64,000 nucleotides of DNA, taken from Lingula anatina (Eukaryota; Animalia; Brachiopoda). Positions 1 through 11,202 of this stretch are shown one piece after another. The stretch's first letter is position 1, and the number at the start of each line of letters is the position of its first letter. Location: the NCBI GenBank assembly GCA_051362555.1, contig CM120644.1:15336534-15400533 (forward strand). The letters are read 5' to 3'. The notes under the pieces are model-generated. The model saw nothing but the letters and a program-made list of their open reading frames with translations. It was not told the origin of the DNA and did not search any database. A program made the translations under genes and the position numbers.

Positions 1-354
1 AATTGCTTTCTGGAATTAACCGAAATAACTTTCTGAAATATTTTACAGATCATCGTTTTGCCTGCTTACATACAGTAAACATTTATTGGGGAATGGGGCT
101 ATGATGGGCGAGATTACATATCGCCCCCTAATGGGCCCCTTCAATAAAGAACCCCCTTTCCCTTTCTGTAAACAGGAACGAACGTACATTTTTATGTCTC
201 ATTTTATCACCTCACGTTGTTAACGACGTCGCATGCATAATTCGTGTGTTATTATAATATCTGTCCAAGGTTGAGAGACAATGGGGAAAGTCCAATGGCT
301 TAATAGCTATTCTCTAATCCAATCAAAAACATCCAGCTTTGAAGTCAGTGTAGA

Positions 355-360
355 TTTATT
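355..360 (-). terminator. Candidate polyadenylation signal (AATAAA) of the secreted CBM14-like gene
   Basis: TTTATT on the + strand, ~340 nt downstream of the stop at 699. A second candidate lies at 82-87. Confidence 0.4.
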
Positions 361-698
361 TGAAAATAAGAACACGTGCACTCTAAATTCTATGGCGCTG
401 TTAAAAAATTAACAAGTCTGCGAATAATATTCAGCTATATTGTATAGTTGATTTGGGATATATTTCTTCAATTATTATCATTCTATGTCTGTGTCACTCT
501 ATTTCATCCCGACCTGCCCATCACCGTCTTAAAACCAATTCATATTATGTATCAGTATTCTTCCTTCCATTCCCTACTTTGCATTTTGTTAAATAATCAT
601 GATCGCTTCTGGTCCACGTTATCTGTGATCCCCGCCACAAGCCTAATCCTAGCTTTTGTGACGCCACCCAGTCCATGACGTCACTTCTATCAGTGACG

Positions 699-922
699 TC
701 ATTCCATGCAGTATCCGCGGTCGTGCTCTTTACAGAAGCGCATGCCCAAGGGTCTCGACAGGAAGCTGCTTCGCGGACCGTTATACGTCCCGCGGGGACA
801 GGCCCACAGAAAGGATGAACGCATTGAACAACGGATGAAAGTACATTGCGGATCGCCCAGTGTCGGGTCCAGGTTGAAGTAATCCCCATCCGGCAAGTTT
901 TGGCATAGGTCTGAACCTAGTA
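699..922 (-). CDS. Exon 2 (last) of a small secreted protein; 6-Cys chitin-binding type-2 (CBM14/peritrophin-A)-like domain
   Basis: Acceptor ttttattttag|TA, phase 1. Reads (V)LGSDLCQNLPDGDYFNLDPTLGDPQCTFIRCSMRSSFLWACPRGTYNGPRSSFLSRPLGMRFCKEHDRGYCME*. Cys spacing is C-x19-C-x4-C-x9-C-x21-C-x7-C, with DG-Y and CP-GT motifs. Nearby AGs (exon start 916 or 910) are also phase 1. Confidence 0.75.
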
Positions 923-1146
923 CTAAAATAAAAAAATGGGGAAACTCTGTATTAGGTTGTTTCTTTCTTTCTTATTTGTTTATTTATTTTCATGAAATGG
1001 ATAACAATGTGTACCAGAAGATGCTGATGATATTTCCATTACGGATGTTCATAGAAATATAACGTTTTTAAACAGAATTTGATGATGATCAAGTTTCATG
1101 TAACTTTGTGTTTGCAGTCTTGTTTAAGATTATGTGCGTGCATGTG

Positions 1147-1148
<2 letters not shown>

Positions 1149-1182
<34 letters not shown>
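1149..1182. repeat. (TG)n microsatellite
   Basis: Seen directly in the sequence. Confidence 0.95.
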
Positions 1183-1190
<8 letters not shown>

Positions 1191-1520
1191 GTGTGTCAAC
1201 AACAAAACATGAAGAAAAGAAAGTTTTGAGACAGAATATTTTACACTCATCCTTACAAGTGAAGGGGACGAAACAGTTAGATACGAAACTTCAAGCTGTG
1301 CTATTGTTTCGGTCGTCGAAAAAGCTATAAACCAAAGATGAAAGGACCAAAGCTTGTCATTGATGAAGAGATACATATTTCATATAGCGTTATGCCCGTG
1401 GGCAGGAACTAATAAAAAGAACGCAGGTGAAAATTTTGAACATGCAACACAAAATAAATGCGTTTTTGAAACCAAGTCTACTGTTACACGATAAAAAGAT
1501 ATAAATTATTATATAACATA

Positions 1521-1960
1521 CAGGGTGGTCCATACATTCCATCTCAATTTTGATATACATGCAAAGAAGATATTTCCAACTTTCTTTCATCAAATTGTTC
1601 CATAAGGATGACCATTTTATCTTTGCAAATTCTGCAGAAATTGAAACCTTTTAAGTAGTCGAATTCTAATAATAATTCTAAAAAGTACAGCCCCCCCCTC
1701 CCCTCCCCAAAGTGGAAGGTACCCCAAAAGAGAGAAATCTGACGAAATGGGTGATCTGGCGAGAAGGGTGGCCAAGAAAATTCCGTGCGACGTGAGATTA
1801 AAATTTGACTACCTAAAAGGTAGTCTTTGGCAACAATATATTTCCAAATTTCAGAGGAAAATAGAAAGGTGAACTGGGACCATCTGAAATCGGCCAAAGT
1901 CTCGCGGCTAAGCGTAAAATTAAGTGGGATTTCCCGGGATTTAGAGTGGATGACAGTGTC
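1521..1960 (-). mobile_element. Decayed Tc1/mariner-superfamily transposase remnant with one terminus
   Basis: Broken frames read W-ISDGPSSP (QDGAP-H-like) and LISRRTEFSWPPFSPDH...LFWG (WPPxSPDL...FLWG motif). A TA|CAGGGTG terminus lies at 1519-1527. The upstream boundary is approximate. Confidence 0.7.
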
Positions 1961-3116
1961 GAAAAAAATAAAGACAGAGCAGCAAGTGCAATGCTGAAAC
2001 GAATCAAAACTGACAAAAAATTATTTAGAAATATTTTCTGGTTATTTTTAAATTCTGTAGTAGTCTTGTGCACAGCAGTTCTTATTCACCATATTTGTTT
2101 CTTATGGTTTAATTGCTTTCTTAAGACGACGCTTCCGGCACAGGTTAAAGGTTTGCATGCACATGTACCTCACATGGATTCTCGCACATCTGGTGTGAGT
2201 TTTTTTTTTTCTTCTTTTTAATTTGTTATCTTGGGCAATTTCTTTTCTTTTCTGTTTGAAATGTGATCTTCGTAACGTGATAACACGTCTTTATCAATGC
2301 AAGTATAATATATGTAAGTGACTGAGTTTTGAAACGTTGAATTACAGGTTTTATCCGATTGTAAATTAAGGGAAACTGTGCACCAGAATTCACCTTCTAA
2401 ATGATTTTTTTTTTCTTTTCATTGTCCAGAAAATGTTAACCTCACATAGTTCTAAGGTGCACTAAAGAATATGCACGGAGCCCGAAGCTGGTCAACCTTT
2501 AGAAGTTAATGATTGTTAAACGCATGACGGTATTCTAATAGCTCTACGATGAAACGCAAACCACTGGAGTCAGCAATACTTTAATAATTAGATTATGTTG
2601 CAGTACTTAATTTAAATAGCTTTATATTTTCCATTTGAATGTCCATTATGTGCCTGAATGCATATTTTCATTTGATTACTTTTCTTCTTCAATCTTTCGC
2701 TATACTGTTATGTAAATTCATCTACTATGCCTTAGACTTATTTTATTGTTTCAATCATTTTGTAAGATTTATATTGTACAATCCAGTTGTTTTTTGTGGG
2801 AAAGATAAACGATTGTCGACGTCCACGTACTGAATTTTATGCTAATTCTCAAGGAGATTGTAAACGCAATTTGTGAAATTAAAACTAACTACCTGTAATA
2901 TTTGTCTTTAATTTAACTGACCCAAATCTATGATTGACTCCACAAAACGGGCAAATTAAAAGCAAAACCTAAGGAAAATGTGGGTGACCCAAAATAATGT
3001 TACCACAAGCGGTAGACTGAATATAAAACTATATAGCAAAGCCTTCAAGGCAAGTAGTCAATAGTAACCTGCGCTTTGTGTTGTTTCAATAAAATATATT
3101 ATTAACCTTGAAGAGA

Positions 3117-3159
<43 letters not shown>

Positions 3160-3178
3160 ACAAATAAATAAATAAATA
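3117..3178. repeat. (AAAT)n microsatellite
   Basis: Seen directly in the sequence. Confidence 0.95.
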
Positions 3179-3444
3179 GATTAAATACACATAAAGATTA
3201 ATCAACGAATGCATAAAATAAATATATGAAAAATCAGTAACAATGAAACATACCAAAGTAAACATGATAAATAAATAAATAAATAAAAATATAAATAAAT
3301 AATGGTAATATACATGGTGTGTATATTATGAATATAGACATTACTAAAATGCAGGCAAAATTTACGCTTCCATAGCTCGCGGCTGTTATTAAATGAGTTT
3401 GTTTTGTATATTAACGTGCCGGCATACTGCACTGTCGTAAACTA

Positions 3445-3701
3445 AGATGTCATTCCCATAGAAACCATCGGTCTATGTAGATCGATCCAACTCTACAGGA
3501 ACTCTTGCTGAGTGCAACCAGCTAAACCGATTCACACCCTCCTGGCGTTGTAAAGAATATTGAAAAGCTGGTGATTGTACAAGTATTGCATTGGAAACAA
3601 TAGGTGCTGTGGCTTTCAGTTAAGCTGATTGCACACAGCGAGAGTCCCTGAAGAGTTGGATCGATTTACGTAAACCGATGGTTTCTGTTGGAATGGGGCC
3701 T
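3445..3701. mobile_element. Palindromic MITE, family B
   Basis: Long imperfect inverted repeats (cattcccatagaaaccatcggtctatgtagatcgatccaactct / agagttggatcgatttacgtaaaccgatggtttctgttggaatg) with TA at both ends. Related copies lie at ~12.2, 39.5 and 55.6 kb. Confidence 0.8.
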
Positions 3702-4244
3702 TATTTTATTGGCTGAAACGAAAACTAAAGCCTCTCTCATTCACTATTTGAATCCCTTTATAGGAATGATATATTAGTAAAGACTTAACCAAACAAGACG
3801 TCTACAAGAGTTTTCAGCTGTACAAAATCCGTACTCAGAGTTTTTTATAAGAGGGCTTTCTTCTTATTGCTTGTCTTCCCTCTGATTTCTAATAACTTTA
3901 CAATATTGTTCATAGTTGACAGTCTTTGCTAATACAAGTTAAGACTTTTTTTCACTTCAAGTGTTGTATCTTAGCGATACCGCTGTACCGGCGTGTTGTT
4001 AAGGATAACCATACCCGCCTTCACAGGTTCTCCATAAGTTTTGTTTCCTGGCGTTAAGGCGTGTCGAGCGCAGGAACTCCGTGTAGGGGACTATTTTACA
4101 TAATATCCCAACTACAAGTTGTTAATCTCTCAAAATATACCGGCCAAGCTGCATCAATAAGATATAATGCTCGATTGAAAAGGCCCCTATATAATCGAAC
4201 ATTCATTAACAGAGGGTACATGTATGTACCAGAACAGAACTTAC

Positions 4245-4473
4245 CTTTCATTTGAAACCGCATCTTTGTTTTCTTTAAAACCCTATCTGCTGCCTTTTTA
4301 GTAGGGGACGTCGTCTTGAATGGTGTGTATACGACAGTTGATTCCACAGCATTGAAAACCTCATTTTCTTCCAGCAGGCCGGATTTGAACGCGAAATAAA
4401 GGTATGGACTTCCCGCGACGGCCCCAACGCAACATACCGTCACACTGAGGGCGAGGAGAAAATTTTGGACCAT
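4245..4473 (-). CDS. Exon 1 of the secreted CBM14-like protein (signal peptide plus Thr/Lys-rich linker)
   Basis: ATG at 4473 opens MVQNFLLALSVTVCCVGAVAG-SP, a hydrophobic signal peptide. A consensus donor AAAG|GTAAGT at 4245/4244 gives a 229-nt phase-1 exon that matches the acceptor at 922. The joined CDS is 453 nt. Confidence 0.75.
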
Positions 4474-4619
4474 GATCAAAATGTTGCCAAAGAGGTCCTG
4501 GAAGCTCTAGCCAAAAAGACTCTTCATTCTGAGGGGTCCCTGGAAAGATTGTGCGTCGAGCCTAAACGTTTAACCCAGCTATCGATGAACGTTAAAACGC
4601 AGCTTTGCTCGAAGCGAAG

Positions 4620-4626
4620 TTTTATA
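4620..4626 (-). promoter_or_regulatory. Candidate TATA box of the CBM14-like gene
   Basis: TATAAAA on the - strand, ~150 nt upstream of the ATG. Confidence 0.45.
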
Positions 4627-5860
4627 GTCGTCCTATCAAAGGGGTGTTTATAATCCAGTCCGGATGGATCAACTTTTAACGTTCTAACTCTATAGGCAGT
4701 GTGATCTCATTATCTAAATACGCTATTGCCATTGGAAATTGTGAATCTTGGTCGGGGATCCGGGGTTGGGGTAGGGAGGGATTGAGGGGGGGGGGGGGGT
4801 GCCCACCCGCATTCTCTCTCCATCTCTCTCTCTCACCACCTCTTTTTTCCCTCCCCTTGTCTCGCTCTTTCTCTCTTTCTCTCTCTCTCCGGACAAAGCC
4901 AAGAATACCCCCGCCAATTCATTGTTTTTATTTATATTATACACACACACTGAAGACGTACTTACTACGCGCCTGCCTACAAATTGGCTTGCGACTAACA
5001 ATGGTAATAGACTTGATAATTGGTGCTAGGGATAAGATTTTCATCCTTTGGATAGAAATTCTAAACGCAAGATCCGCTGAGGTAATTGAGTGGAGACGTG
5101 GTAAATTAACTGTAAACGCGACCTCTAAATCAGATTCGTTTACGTTGCTTCCGGTTTCTTATTCGCAATAAAATCCATTTGTTATATAGTGGAAAAACAA
5201 TGGATGGGGCCAATGTTATGAAACCTGACATGTTAGTCTTGTATCCTCTGAGACTAAAGCTTAGTTGAATATTGAGAATATTGTACCGACATGATTTCTG
5301 ATTCGGGAAATCAGTCTGATTGAAAGAATATGTTGACATGTTTTCCGAAAAACATGCTATTGCTATTAATTTGTTATTCAAACAAGAAACAATGACCAGC
5401 CTCACATAAAATTGATTTCTGAATATGTAAGAGAGCCCAAAATCAAACTTATTTTGCTTTCTCTGTAGATTCGATACAAAATTTATTTATTAACAAACTT
5501 ATTTATTAATTAATTTATTTGTTTATTTACGTAACGTTATCAATTCAAGGATAAACTCGTAAGTGTCAACTTAAACTATGCATGTAATCGCCTAACTTAA
5601 GATAATAATTAACAATTTAAGAAGTAATTAAAGTAAAGAACCCAGATTGGCGATATCGCGGTCAAACACCGGGGGATCTAATGGCCGTTAATGAGAACAT
5701 GGTCTACATCTTAAGTAGTGGACGCAAGGTTCCACTGACGGGCACAAATTCTCTCCGTCGTTGTCGACTTGTATAAAACATTGCCCACTTCCTTTGCCCG
5801 AAGCAGAACCGGGGTCGTAAAGCCGGGTGTCGCAGCGTAACTTGTGGAGTACTTGCATTC

Positions 5861-6045
5861 GGTCGCATTCACAACAACTGAATAACAGATCCGCGGATCA
5901 AATATGACGACCCACTTAAAAGGTTGCCGCTTAATCCCCTAAAAGATACTGAATAGATTCCCCGCGGGGATTTCGCGACAAACTTTCAATTGGGTCGGGC
6001 ATAATTGATCCGCGGATCTGTTAGTTCGCAGTTGTGAATGCGGCC
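5861..6045. mobile_element. Palindromic MITE, family A
   Basis: TIRs ggtcgcattcacaac...taacagatccgcggatcaa / ttgatccgcggatctgtta...gttgtgaatgcggcc. Homologous to the copies at 15248 and 54089. Confidence 0.85.
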
Positions 6046-6907
6046 TTTGCCTCGACGTCGTCTTTCACACGTAGATAAATGAATCGTTGTCGACGCGGTC
6101 ATGCAAGGTCGTTGGCACAGATCTTGTTGCGTTCGCGCACTGCGTTCGTGGGAAGTGGGTGGTGCGTCCACACGGTGAGAAACGGGCTAATCGTCCTTGT
6201 TGTAGTTAGTGTACAGCAAAATGGAATGGTTTTGCTGCGCTGGATAGATGCTGCAATAGAGACTTTTGTGATCAGACACAGAAAAAAAGGATGCTTTGTT
6301 TCGCTCACAAAGAGTAAAACAGATAATCGTTGATTCACTGGAAGTTACTTTATCAGCATCGCTGTGTTCAGAGATTCCAGTGTTATGATGCTTCAGTTTT
6401 GAATTCATTATATTGTTAATGTCAAATTCATCAATCCATCTTCGTGCATGCTGTTCGTCTTTAAGATGATAAACAAACACATTTTGTTTTAATTCTAGAC
6501 TAAATGCTTTGTCAATAAATAGTTACTCGGATTTCGACTATGATGGTGATGTCGTGTCTACCTTACTTTGCAATAGTAGCCTTTGACATTTTAGAAAGTT
6601 TGGGGCAAGGAAAATTATTGGGACGCTGAGATTTAAACTCTTTGGGTACGACAATCACAATTTAGGCAAGTGCATGCATTTAAGACCCACAGAAACGAGG
6701 CTAGCAGATTTTTTTTCTGAAACAATGCTTATTAGACTTAGTCTCGGTAGGTTAACATGACTTTAGACATGAAAAAAAAAATTAAACTTGTGTATTTGTG
6801 ATAACAGCCGGAGGTCCAAACATCTATCTCATCTTTTTACGATTCACGTAAACGGAGTGAAGAGATACAAAAGACAGCAGCACGCGAATCTTTTATCACA
6901 CCTACAA

Positions 6908-6913
6908 TTTATT
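6908..6913 (-). terminator. Candidate distal polyadenylation signal of the VAT-1-like gene
   Basis: Minus strand reads TGTATGTAAATGTGTAATAAAATTGT. This would imply a ~3-kb 3' UTR. Other AATAAA candidates exist closer to the stop. Confidence 0.35.
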
Positions 6914-7903
6914 ACACATTTACATACAGTTTAGCATGTACAGCGCATGAGGCTTAGATCAACTACTACTTCCACTGTGATAATCCATTCGCAATTCAAT
7001 GAAGACCCTTCTCTCCACCCCAAAACCTCATTCTCAGCTGCCACTGAATGTCTGGGAATGGTAACACTTGCATCGAGGATGAGGTTCCTGGTTGGAGGGC
7101 GTGGGAGGACTCTCTTGTTTGTAACTACCTATCTACCTAAGTTACATACTAGATTCTGCATTACACTTTACAGTTTTAACATTTATATATAACAAAACTA
7201 AACGTCGCCCCTCTTAATAGCGGAGACTTAATTTTTGAAGCATTTTGTCTTCCGAGCAGTACGTCTTTTACCCGATTCAAAATTTAAATACCTTCCATGA
7301 TTTTAAGCACAAAAAAAATCGATTCTGTTAATGCGTCTAAAATGACACTGCTTTAAAACTACATTAAAGGTTCCAAAAAGCTGCAAGTAAGCGCTTACAA
7401 AATTACTGTGACTTACAAAATAAAAATGTACTGTGATTTAGAACTATTTGCCAAGCGTTGGACAATTCTAAAGTCGTTTTCAAACCACTGTTCCTTATAC
7501 TACACGAATACACCTGTGATGCTAGCGATGGTAAATATATTCATATATATTAAGCATGGCTAATTCTAAAGTAAGTTCAATAACCAACATAAAGATATAC
7601 GAAAATATTTTCAATTTCTTGAACACTCCACACCTTGACACATGAAAGCATTCACAAAGGCCAATTTTTAGAGTACACACAATCTTGATACTGTACAAAA
7701 TTTAGACTAGCTCTTTCCGTACAAAACAAAACACATTTGATTTGGCATGGCATTCCGCATACGAAACGGCAAAACGATATTTCGTATACGAATATAGCAG
7801 CAAAATATAAGTTCAAAAACGTTGAGCATGTCGAACATACAGGGTTATAGTATTACGCCAGAGAGCAACTTGTCTTCAACTTGTATAGATGCAAACTACA
7901 CTT

Positions 7904-8194
7904 ACAGCGCGTCCAGATCAGATAATCTTCGGTCTAACAGATCCGCGGACTAAATATGGCGAACTCCACTTAAAAGCAAGCCACCTTAGCCTTTGATAGT
8001 CTCCCCACCTCCGCACGCGCCATTAAACGGATTAAATCTCAGCTATGAGGTTAAATTGCTAGACCCCTGCACGGACGGCGTGTATGGTGGCGGGGAGACC
8101 ATCAGGGGATTTAACGGATTGCTTTTAAGTGGACCGGCCTTATATGATCCGCAAATTAGTTAGTCCGCAGATCAGTTTGTTCTCAATACGCTCT
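7904..8194. mobile_element. Longer palindromic MITE related to family A
   Basis: Shares the subterminal block ctaacagatccgcggactaaatatggcga..ccacttaaaag, inverted as cttttaagtgga..gatccgc..gttag. It also has an internal inverted repeat tgatagtctcccc / ggggagaccatca. Confidence 0.7.
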
Positions 8195-9887
8195 TATATA
8201 TATACATGGAACTAATTCAAGCACCACTTGACTTTTTGCTGACAAAATATTGAGCAAAATTGTACTACTGGTATTCCACCTAGAGCTAGATTTCTCTGGA
8301 CTGCCATTTTTAGTCTGATGATCTGAGTGCAAGGTGGGTGTCTTAAAAAAGGCCGCTAGGCTTGCTTATCGTTTTAATGCATAAAATTTTTTATACTTAG
8401 TCTGTTGAATATGTCCTGTCAGAATATTTGTTATTTATTTTTGATTCGAGATCGATTTTTACTCTTTAAATCTACCGTGAACGCTTCAGTTGCTACACAC
8501 GCTGTCAAAGAACTTGAAATACAGAAAGTAATCTGCTCATGGCTGCGATTCTTTTGAATGCGACTCCTTTTCAACTAAAACTAACATTTCCATCAGTTTG
8601 TTTATTTGTAAATCATAAATACCATTTTAACCTACGAATCTACTTTAAATGTCCACAAAATAGTTTACAAAATGCTGCAAATAACATAAATGCCCCGATC
8701 ATTCTACTTTGTAACTATAATGTGATATATGCCCAAATAAACATGAATACTGTCTTCATCCAATACATAACGAGCATTAATTCAATAAATCCACAAAGAA
8801 AAAATTACATTTGGGGTACGTATATTTCACTTTTTACACTTATGAGTATACATGGGTGAAATACATGTTGCTACGTTAGGGTAATAATTATCTAAACTAA
8901 ATTAGACAACCGGTGCGAATTTGTTCAATCAGCACCATAAGACGTAAAATAATAATTAATAATAAGGATGATAATAACAATAATGGTCACAAATGATGCA
9001 GTTAATATTATATTCAATTATTACAGTCCCGGGACTTAATTCACTGTTTTGAACGTATATATATATATACCAAGCAGTTGTTGCGCATGCGTGTTTGCAG
9101 GGTACCCTGGTAGTCAAAGAGCAGAACAAACCAATCTTCTTGCTAGTAGATGGATGGAGAGTTGTCAACGGCTCCCAGACGCCCAGGGTGTTCCGTGGAA
9201 GCTCTCAATTGTAATCAGCACGATAGAACGCACAGCATGTCAAAGCCACGCATCTTGGTCCACAGTTGTTTTTGCCAAGCATTGCATTGTATTACACGAA
9301 ATAATAACCCCCCCCCCCCCCACCCCCACCCCACCCCACCCGCCCGTTTCTATTCGAAATCTATAACCCAGATCTACATACGGTATTTATCAGCTGAAAA
9401 CCATTTGGACAGTCGCTGTAACATTAAACTGTACGAATAAAATTATGAATCTCGCTAAAGACAGAAGACTTGAAATGTCACATCTAATCTAAACTCTTCT
9501 CCTCTTTCAAAAAGTTTCTTTTTTTTTTTTTTTTGCTTTTTCATATTTACTGATAAACCAAATTTGATGAAATGCACATTATCTTCAACGATGCGCAACA
9601 TTAGTTCATCTCTCAGTCACTGAGCTAACTACTAGCGATACTGATATACATATACATTGATTTTTTTTCTTCAAAACGACATGCTTTGTCATATACTTGT
9701 GGTCTTCATGACGTCATATGTGGCCTTCATGACGTCATATAAGAGACGTGACATCATATACACGAATTCATCATTACATAAGCCTCTGATTGGGTCCCGA
9801 CGTGGATAACTCTTTCATAGTCTGAAATAGTATTTTTCCCCAAGTGAATAACTTTTAGTCTTTTGAAATATTTTCAGTGTTATGACT

Positions 9888-10211
9888 CTATTTACTCTCC
9901 TCCGTCGCGGCGGGTGCTTCTTCTGCTGGTTTTTCTGCTTCAGCTGCGGGCGCTTCGGCGGCATCTTCTTTAGCCTCACCCTCGGCTGCCTCTTCTTTCT
10001 TTTCCTCTGGCTTCTCCTCGCCATCCTTCTTCTCCTCCTCCGCCTCCTTCTTTTCTTCCTTCTTGTCTTCCTTTTTCTCTTCCTCCTGTTTCTGTTGCTC
10101 CTCGGCAATCGTGTCGTCCACCTCGACTTTCTCGTCAGCAGCTTTCTCCGGGGACATCAGCACCTTGCCCACGTTCTTCCTCTCGTGCATACGGGACATG
10201 GCATTGGCTGC
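9888..10211 (-). CDS. VAT1: VAT-1 homolog, last exon (exon 6), with a Glu/Lys/Ala-rich tail
   Basis: Acceptor tgtttacag|GCA, phase 0. AANAMSRMHERKNVGKVLMSP matches the MDR C-terminal N-GKV motif. An ~85-aa acidic tail follows, then TAA at 9888-9890. Confidence 0.93.
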   Translation of the reverse strand, partial: AANAMSRMHERKNVGKVLMSPEKAADEKVEVDDTIAEEQQKQEEEKKEDKKEEKKEAEEEKKDGEEKPEEKKEEAAEGEAKEDAAEAPAAEAEKPAEEAPAATEESK

Positions 10212-10224
10212 CTGTAAACACAAA

Positions 10225-10256
<32 letters not shown>

Positions 10257-10479
10257 GTACATTATGTCGCGGTCAATTCGTAATTGACCTTTTTGCACTG
10301 ACTTTACATACACCAGAGCAACTTAAACATTATCTGTATGACACGTCTTAACACTTTGTCATATCAATAAATAAATAAATAAATAAACTAGAAGAAAACA
10401 CTTTCGTTTACAGGACCATTGCGAAAAAGGAACCAAATACTGGAGATTATAGATAATCAAATACATTAACAAATCTTAC

Positions 10480-10721
10480 CTGTTCAAAAGGCCACACAGA
10501 GTCAATCTTCGGCTTAATCTTGCCGTCTTTGAACAGCTGCATCAGCTGTCCCATGGTCTCCCGAAGCAGCTCCTTCTCGCTGAACAAGTGTCCCAGGTGG
10601 AAGCCGCACACGCTCTTGTTCTGGGCCATCAGGTGTGTTGGGCTGATGCTGCTCGACTGCCACCAGGTTTTGGCGACCTTCAGAAGATTCCTTCCCTCGC
10701 CTTGGACTGCGTTGGCTGTAC
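10480..10721 (-). CDS. VAT1: VAT-1 homolog, exon 5
   Basis: Acceptor tttattttcgtgacag|GT and donor CAG|GTAAGA, 242 nt, phase 1 to 0. Reads AKTWWQ...NKSVCGFHL...GKIKPKIDSVWPFEQ, typical of VAT-1. Confidence 0.95.
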
Positions 10722-10757
10722 CTGTCACGAAAATAAAGAAGGTTTGAGTTCAGTGGG

Positions 10758-11202
10758 GAGTTTTGGCGACTGTCGGTAGGGTTTTATCCTCGACTTGGAG
10801 GGCATTGGCTGTACTGATCACGAAAGTGAAGGATGTTTAAGGTCAGTGGGTAGTGTTGGTTCCTCTCCTCGCCTTGAACTGCACTGGCGTCAGAAACGAA
10901 GAAAGTTTTAGTCCAGAAGATAGCTTTGGCGACCGTCACTTGTTCTTTCCCTAGCCACGGATTGCCCGTAACTGTCGCGGTATTCTTCTGGTATAGTCCC
11001 ATCGCTCTACTGGCGCCTTTCAACACTTGTGTTGCTAGATTAGCATCAAGTTTTGGAGACAGAGAATGTCTCTACTCTCATAACAGGCCAAGCTGCCTTC
11101 GTTTTGCGGGCAAATAGATATTTATTTTATTATTATTTATTGCCCCCAAGGGTACTGCTCCTCGTCTTGGGCTGCATTGGCTTTACATGTCTGAAAATTG
11201 AA
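10758..11202 (-). repeat. Decayed tandem copies of the intron-4/exon-5 junction
   Basis: Exon-5 motifs (ttttggcgac, cctcgccttg, gcattggctgtac, tcacgaaa) recur at ~10758-10850, 10851-10920, 10921-10985 and 11155-11202. Confidence 0.8.

Noticed and set aside
545-889. 114-aa minus-strand ORF and a TNFR-like reading of the Cys-rich segment
   Set aside because: The overlapping frame ending at 699 has the CBM14-like Cys pattern and is the frame in phase with the exon-1 donor.
4432-4440. Alternative donor ACG|GTATGT after 12 codons
   Set aside because: It is phase 0, incompatible with the phase-1 acceptors at 922/916/910, and it would truncate the signal peptide.
6187-6480. 97-aa ORF (KDEQHARRWIDEFD...)
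   Set aside because: No recognisable domain and no consistent splice structure. It may be TE-derived.
9815-10217. Arg/Lys-rich (protamine-like) and Leu/Phe-rich ORFs
   Set aside because: They are shifted-frame and antisense shadows of the low-complexity VAT-1 tail.
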